Source: Candidatus Thorarchaeota archaeon
GTDB taxonomy: Archaea; Asgardarchaeota; Thorarchaeia; Thorarchaeales; Thorarchaeaceae
Direction: 5' to 3'
Length of the DNA stretch: 10,778 bases
Assembly (NCBI GenBank): GCA_016839605.1
Contig: JAEOTX010000244.1
Location: 1-10,778 of the forward strand
Positions within the stretch are counted from its first letter, which is position 1; each line of letters opens with the position of its first letter. Made by a program: the position numbers and the translations under genes. The notes beneath the pieces are model-generated. The model made no database searches, was not told where the DNA came from, and worked only from the letters and a program-made list of their open reading frames with translations. Positions 7,019-10,778 of the stretch are shown here, one piece after another.

Positions 7019-8350
7019 CTAGGAAAGGTCTTCTATCATCTCACCAGCGCAGGCTATGCCCGACATTGAAGCTGCTTCCATACTTGCATAGTATATTCCA
7101 CAATTAGCAAAAGCACCTGCAACATAGAGCCCTTCAACTCCAGTCCTGTTTGTTTTCAGTCGGTTTTCCATAATGCCCGGTGGTTGTGACAAGACTGATC
7201 TCCAGATCTTCCAGCTCTTCTTCCAGGTCACCTTGGTTTCTACACCCGGAATTAGTTCCTTTAGCTCATCAAGTAGTATCTCAGTTGCTTCTTCATCATT
7301 TACCTTGAGGAGTTCCTTGTCAATACTTGTGACAGTCAGAAGTGACTCACCGATTGGTGCCAGAACTCCTGAAACTCTTTTTGCTTCCGCTACAATGTTG
7401 ATTTTTCTTCTAGGAACAAATGCACCTACATTGAAATCAAGTACCCGTGAGGAGAGACCAAAGTAAGCGACGGTCGATGGAGCGTAGGTGAATTTACCAA
7501 CAGCTTCGGTGAAGTCCTTTGGCAATTTATTCATATTGATTAGATTGGGCAGTAGGTCGATGGGAGTCGTTACGACAACAGCATCTGTATCAACATGTGT
7601 ATCCTTGCCATCTTGTTCATAATCTACCCCCTGAACCTTACCATCTTCAATGATAATCTGTTTGACAGTGCAGTTCACTTTTGGTTCAACAGCGAAATTT
7701 CGAGCTTGAAGCATGAGGGTATATGGCACACTTCCTAGACCGCCTCGTTCAGGATACATTGCCTTGAATCCATCTTCATAGGCAAACCTCTGCTTCTCTG
7801 AGAAGAGATACTGCCCAGCAGAGACCTCATCAGGTGTCATGAAGGTGACTGTTCTAATCAATGGATCATAGAAATCCTGCTGAATAGATTCGGGAATGCC
7901 TTTCTCTTCTGCATATTGGGCAAAGGTCATTTTATCAAGTTCTAGAAACTCCTCATCAGGACGATTCATACTTTCCTGAACGATTAATCCCAGACGTGCC
8001 CTGTCTGTCATTGGCAAGAGCCCGAACTTGGCTAGGTCCACTGCAGACTTACGAACGATGTGCCTGTCACCCCCCTTGAGCCAGACCGCTCCTTCTCCTA
8101 CGGTAGTCATTCTGATTCCGCTTCGTTCCAGAATTGGAATCAGCGACTTGAAACCACCGACAAAGAAGTGGAGTCCCTGATCGAATACATAACCCGACTC
8201 AGTGAACGACCTCGCTCGGCCGCCTACAGTCTTCTCCTTCTCAAGGATTGTGCACCGTGCTTTTAGACCCTTGAGCTCTAATGCACAGCTAAAACCAGCA
8301 ATCCCTGCACCAACTACTACAACTTTAGTCCCCTTTCTCGACTCACTCAT
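7019..8350 (-). CDS. FAD-dependent oxidoreductase, amine-oxidase superfamily; closest in motifs to phytoene/zeta-carotene desaturases (CrtP/CrtQ) and HpnE
   Basis: Rossmann VVVGAGIAG...LEK...VGGR; DQGLHFF (cf. PDS/ZDS ExGLHxFFG); C-terminal GLYVAG...YYASMEAASMSG (cf. PDS FYLAGDYT...YLASMEGAVLSG). The superfamily call is firm; the subfamily call rests on remembered motifs. Confidence 0.85.
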   Translation of the reverse strand: MSESRKGTKVVVVGAGIAGFSCALELKGLKARCTILEKEKTVGGRARSFTESGYVFDQGLHFFVGGFKSLIPILERSGIRMTTVGEGAVWLKGGDRHIVRKSAVDLAKFGLLPMTDRARLGLIVQESMNRPDEEFLELDKMTFAQYAEEKGIPESIQQDFYDPLIRTVTFMTPDEVSAGQYLFSEKQRFAYEDGFKAMYPERGGLGSVPYTLMLQARNFAVEPKVNCTVKQIIIEDGKVQGVDYEQDGKDTHVDTDAVVVTTPIDLLPNLINMNKLPKDFTEAVGKFTYAPSTVAYFGLSSRVLDFNVGAFVPRRKINIVAEAKRVSGVLAPIGESLLTVTSIDKELLKVNDEEATEILLDELKELIPGVETKVTWKKSWKIWRSVLSQPPGIMENRLKTNRTGVEGLYVAGAFANCGIYYASMEAASMSGIACAGEMIEDLS

Positions 8351-8357
8351 TTCGTTC

Positions 8358-9482
8358 TCACTCCTCTACTAGAGATGACTGTGCCAGATCTAAGACCAGC
8401 TCGTCCAACTGAATGACTTCTAGGTTGGTTTCACGAGCACAGTAGCTCAAGTTCTTGTAACAAGATACACACGGTGTAATCATTCCGTCAACTCCTAGCT
8501 CAACAGCTTCATTAACCCTTCTTTTCCCAACAGATTCTGAGAGATCAGGATCTAGGACTGTCAAGAAACCACCACAGCAATTGGAATTCTCCCTGTTGTT
8601 AGGCAGTTCCACAAACTCGAGATCAGGAATAGCTTTGATTATCTCTCTGGGAGGCTCATAGATGCCAAGTGCCCTCCCAAGATGGCAACTGTCATGGAAC
8701 GTATAGGTGCCCTCCTTTCCCTTGAACGTCAAGACACCATTCTGAATCATGTCTGCTAGTACCTCAGCAGTGTGATGGATTTTCACATCAAATCCAGGAA
8801 CTAAGTGCGCATAGTGCTCTGCAAGTGTTCCATAGCACCCCCCGCAGCCAGTGACAATATGCTGTATGCCTGCTTTCTTGAACATCTCATAGTTCTTGCG
8901 TGCTATCCTCTCAAAACCCGCATCATCGCCTGCCCAGTAGGACATGAGCCCGCAGCACACTTCGCTAGGCACGAATCCTGCATCGACTTTGAGTTTCTGG
9001 AGCATGTCGACAACCATCTCTGGCTGATCAGGAAACCAGAAGCTTCCCATGCAGCCGCTGAATATTGCAGTATTCGATTTCTCTGGAAGGTCTAGGTCTT
9101 CAGCCCATATGGTCCGGTCTTCAGATTCGTATCCAATGAATGGCGTGCCTTCCTTGTCAAGCCAGTCAATGACCTTCACAAGGTTATCAGACATCTCTCC
9201 TCCTGTATTGAGAAGATTCGCCTTGGCATCATGCCAAATTTGAGTCACAGGAACACCAGCTGGGCAAATAGCCTCACACCTTCTGCAGTCTGCGCAATAG
9301 AGCCTCTGCAGCAGTTCTTGAGGCGGTTTCCTCATCTTTTCTCCATATGCTCTCAGCGCTCTGATTTTGCCTCCTGGACTGTCGAGCTCAGAACCCAATT
9401 CCATATACATCGGACAGGTGTCGCGACAGTAGTTGCAGGAGCCACAATGGCGCATCACTTTCTTATCAATATCCACTCTCAT
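8358..9482 (-). CDS. (Fe-S)-binding oxidoreductase subunit, GlcF/HdrD-like (2x[4Fe-4S] + 2 CCG), paralog A
   Basis: CGSCNYCRDTCP and CADCRRCEAICP; FSGC...VCCG...GCGGC; HDSCHLGR...NCCGG...PCVSC; SD GAGGTG overlapping the upstream stop. Confidence 0.93.
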   Translation of the reverse strand: MRVDIDKKVMRHCGSCNYCRDTCPMYMELGSELDSPGGKIRALRAYGEKMRKPPQELLQRLYCADCRRCEAICPAGVPVTQIWHDAKANLLNTGGEMSDNLVKVIDWLDKEGTPFIGYESEDRTIWAEDLDLPEKSNTAIFSGCMGSFWFPDQPEMVVDMLQKLKVDAGFVPSEVCCGLMSYWAGDDAGFERIARKNYEMFKKAGIQHIVTGCGGCYGTLAEHYAHLVPGFDVKIHHTAEVLADMIQNGVLTFKGKEGTYTFHDSCHLGRALGIYEPPREIIKAIPDLEFVELPNNRENSNCCGGFLTVLDPDLSESVGKRRVNEAVELGVDGMITPCVSCYKNLSYCARETNLEVIQLDELVLDLAQSSLVEE

Positions 9483-9494
9483 TGTTCTGCCACC

Positions 9495-10778
9495 TCATCT
9501 CCCCACATATCTTGAAAGCCGTCTAATCCCTGCGGCCATTGAAAACAACACATTCATCCTTGCATATGAAGTCATACAAGAGGTCACTCGATCTGGATTC
9601 ATGATGTTGTTCCGATCCCATTTTTCCTTGGCTGTCTTCATCATTTCCAGTTTCTCCGGATAAGCACGCTTCATATAGATTGAATTCTGGAGTCCGATCG
9701 AATAAGGCCCTCCTCCAAGAGAAATGGACTTCTTCACCATTTTATGGAGTATGCCCTTACTGGCAATGAACTTCAGATACTGGTCTGGATTCAGCATCAT
9801 CATTAACTCGATTCTCACCCAGCCTTGTGTACCCAGCATAGCGAACCAAATCGCAGGCACTTTATGGGATTTCTTATACAACTCATATTGCTTCAGCAGG
9901 TCGTAGACTTTGTCCACTTCAATCGAAACCTCCTGAAACATCAGAGTTTCACAGTGCTCCTTGGGACTGAACTCGCAGTCATAACGGAGAGCCCATTCTT
10001 GAGCTGCATACTCGACACTGAGGTCCATTCCACCGTTGTCTGCAATCACTTGCTTGAGTTCATCTATCGGGACCTTATCGGGATTATTTGGATAGGCAAC
10101 TGTTAAGACAAACTTCCCTTTTTCAAGTGGATTGCTATAGCTCTGGAAATCCTTGTCAGCAATCTTCAGATGGATGGGCCTCTGTTCAATGTCAGCAATC
10201 TGCCGCATCGTATTGCATAAATGCTCCAAATAATCGAAACTATAGCTGAAGGGTATGAAGTCATCTGGCTTCTGATGGATTTTCATCTTCACTTCAGTGA
10301 TGACTCCAAGTATGCCATAAGATCCGATGAATGGACCGATATCATCTCCACTGACCTTCACTAATTCTCCATCTGCATTGGCAATTGTCAATTCGAGTAG
10401 GTTCTCAATTAGGGCTCCATAGAAGGGGGTTCCGATACCCACTGCTCCACCGCATGCAATCCACCCACCAATGACGGCTGATTTCGCACTTGTCGGATAT
10501 ATCCCGATGGTCCGTCCTTCTTTTGCCAGTTCGATATCCAACCTTTCAAATGGAACTCCTGGTTCTAGCCTCACGTATCCTTCCTGTGCATTTATTTCAA
10601 GGATGGCGTCCATGCGTTTCATATCTAGAGATATACCGCCTCTGGTAGGGCTGGATGAGCCCAGACAGCTGGATGCGCCACCTCTTGGAATTACTGGGAG
10701 ATTATGTGAGGCTGCTGTTGTGAGAACTTCCTTGACCTCATCAACATTCTCGACTCTCACTACGTAGTCAGCAAGGTA
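9495..10778 (-). CDS. FAD-binding oxidoreductase, VAO/GlcD-like fold, paralog A; 5' end lies beyond the window
   Basis: The frame stays open past the track's GTG10760 to the edge (YLADYVVRVENVDEV...). Motifs: PRGGASSCLG, YPTSAKSAVIGGWIACGG, GSYGILGVIT, KEKWDRNNIMNP. Confidence 0.92.
   Translation of the reverse strand, partial: YLADYVVRVENVDEVKEVLTTAASHNLPVIPRGGASSCLGSSSPTRGGISLDMKRMDAILEINAQEGYVRLEPGVPFERLDIELAKEGRTIGIYPTSAKSAVIGGWIACGGAVGIGTPFYGALIENLLELTIANADGELVKVSGDDIGPFIGSYGILGVITEVKMKIHQKPDDFIPFSYSFDYLEHLCNTMRQIADIEQRPIHLKIADKDFQSYSNPLEKGKFVLTVAYPNNPDKVPIDELKQVIADNGGMDLSVEYAAQEWALRYDCEFSPKEHCETLMFQEVSIEVDKVYDLLKQYELYKKSHKVPAIWFAMLGTQGWVRIELMMMLNPDQYLKFIASKGILHKMVKKSISLGGGPYSIGLQNSIYMKRAYPEKLEMMKTAKEKWDRNNIMNPDRVTSCMTSYARMNVLFSMAAGIRRLSRYVGR

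Noticed and set aside
1422-9482. Calling the CCG proteins true heterodisulfide reductase (hdrD), implying methanogenesis
   Set aside because: The same architecture occurs in GlcF/GlpC-type subunits; each copy is paired with a FAD oxidase, and no hdrE/hdrA or mcr genes are in the window.
9495-9497. Selenocysteine at the in-frame TGA
   Set aside because: It falls in an inter-domain position rather than at a Cys-equivalent site, I could not identify a SECIS element, and the downstream gene has its own SD and ATG.
40-10767. The many 60-116 aa plus-strand ORFs
   Set aside because: All are antisense shadows of long minus-strand genes, with no recognisable domains.

Overview
A gene-dense, all-minus-strand redox cluster of nine CDSs. 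Archaeal signals (AGGTGA/GGAGG Shine-Dalgarno sites, BRE+TTAA promoter boxes, a Thr-rich-linker surface protein) point to an archaeon; an Asgard/Thorarchaeia-type host is a guess only. It holds three paralogous modules, each a VAO/GlcD-fold FAD oxidoreductase plus a 2x[4Fe-4S]/double-CCG (GlcF/HdrD-like) subunit. These appear to be split over three transcription units. TU1 (>10778-7019) is FAD oxidase + Fe-S + a phytoene/zeta-carotene-desaturase (CrtP/CrtQ/HpnE)-like flavoenzyme, followed by a hairpin terminator. TU2 (6915-4010) is Fe-S + a FAD oxidase with a C-terminal membrane extension. TU3 (3782-<1) is an exported monoheme CxxCH protein + a DUF2231-like 4-TM protein + Fe-S + a third FAD oxidase. 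The supplied ORF track misses that third oxidase because it runs off the window edge. All three oxidases lack the catalytic His/Glu motifs of lactate/glycolate dehydrogenases and share a different motif, so the substrate is unknown. The best hypothesis is an uncharacterised anaerobic, membrane-linked redox system acting on hydrophobic (possibly isoprenoid) substrates. No RNA genes, CRISPR arrays or mobile elements were seen.
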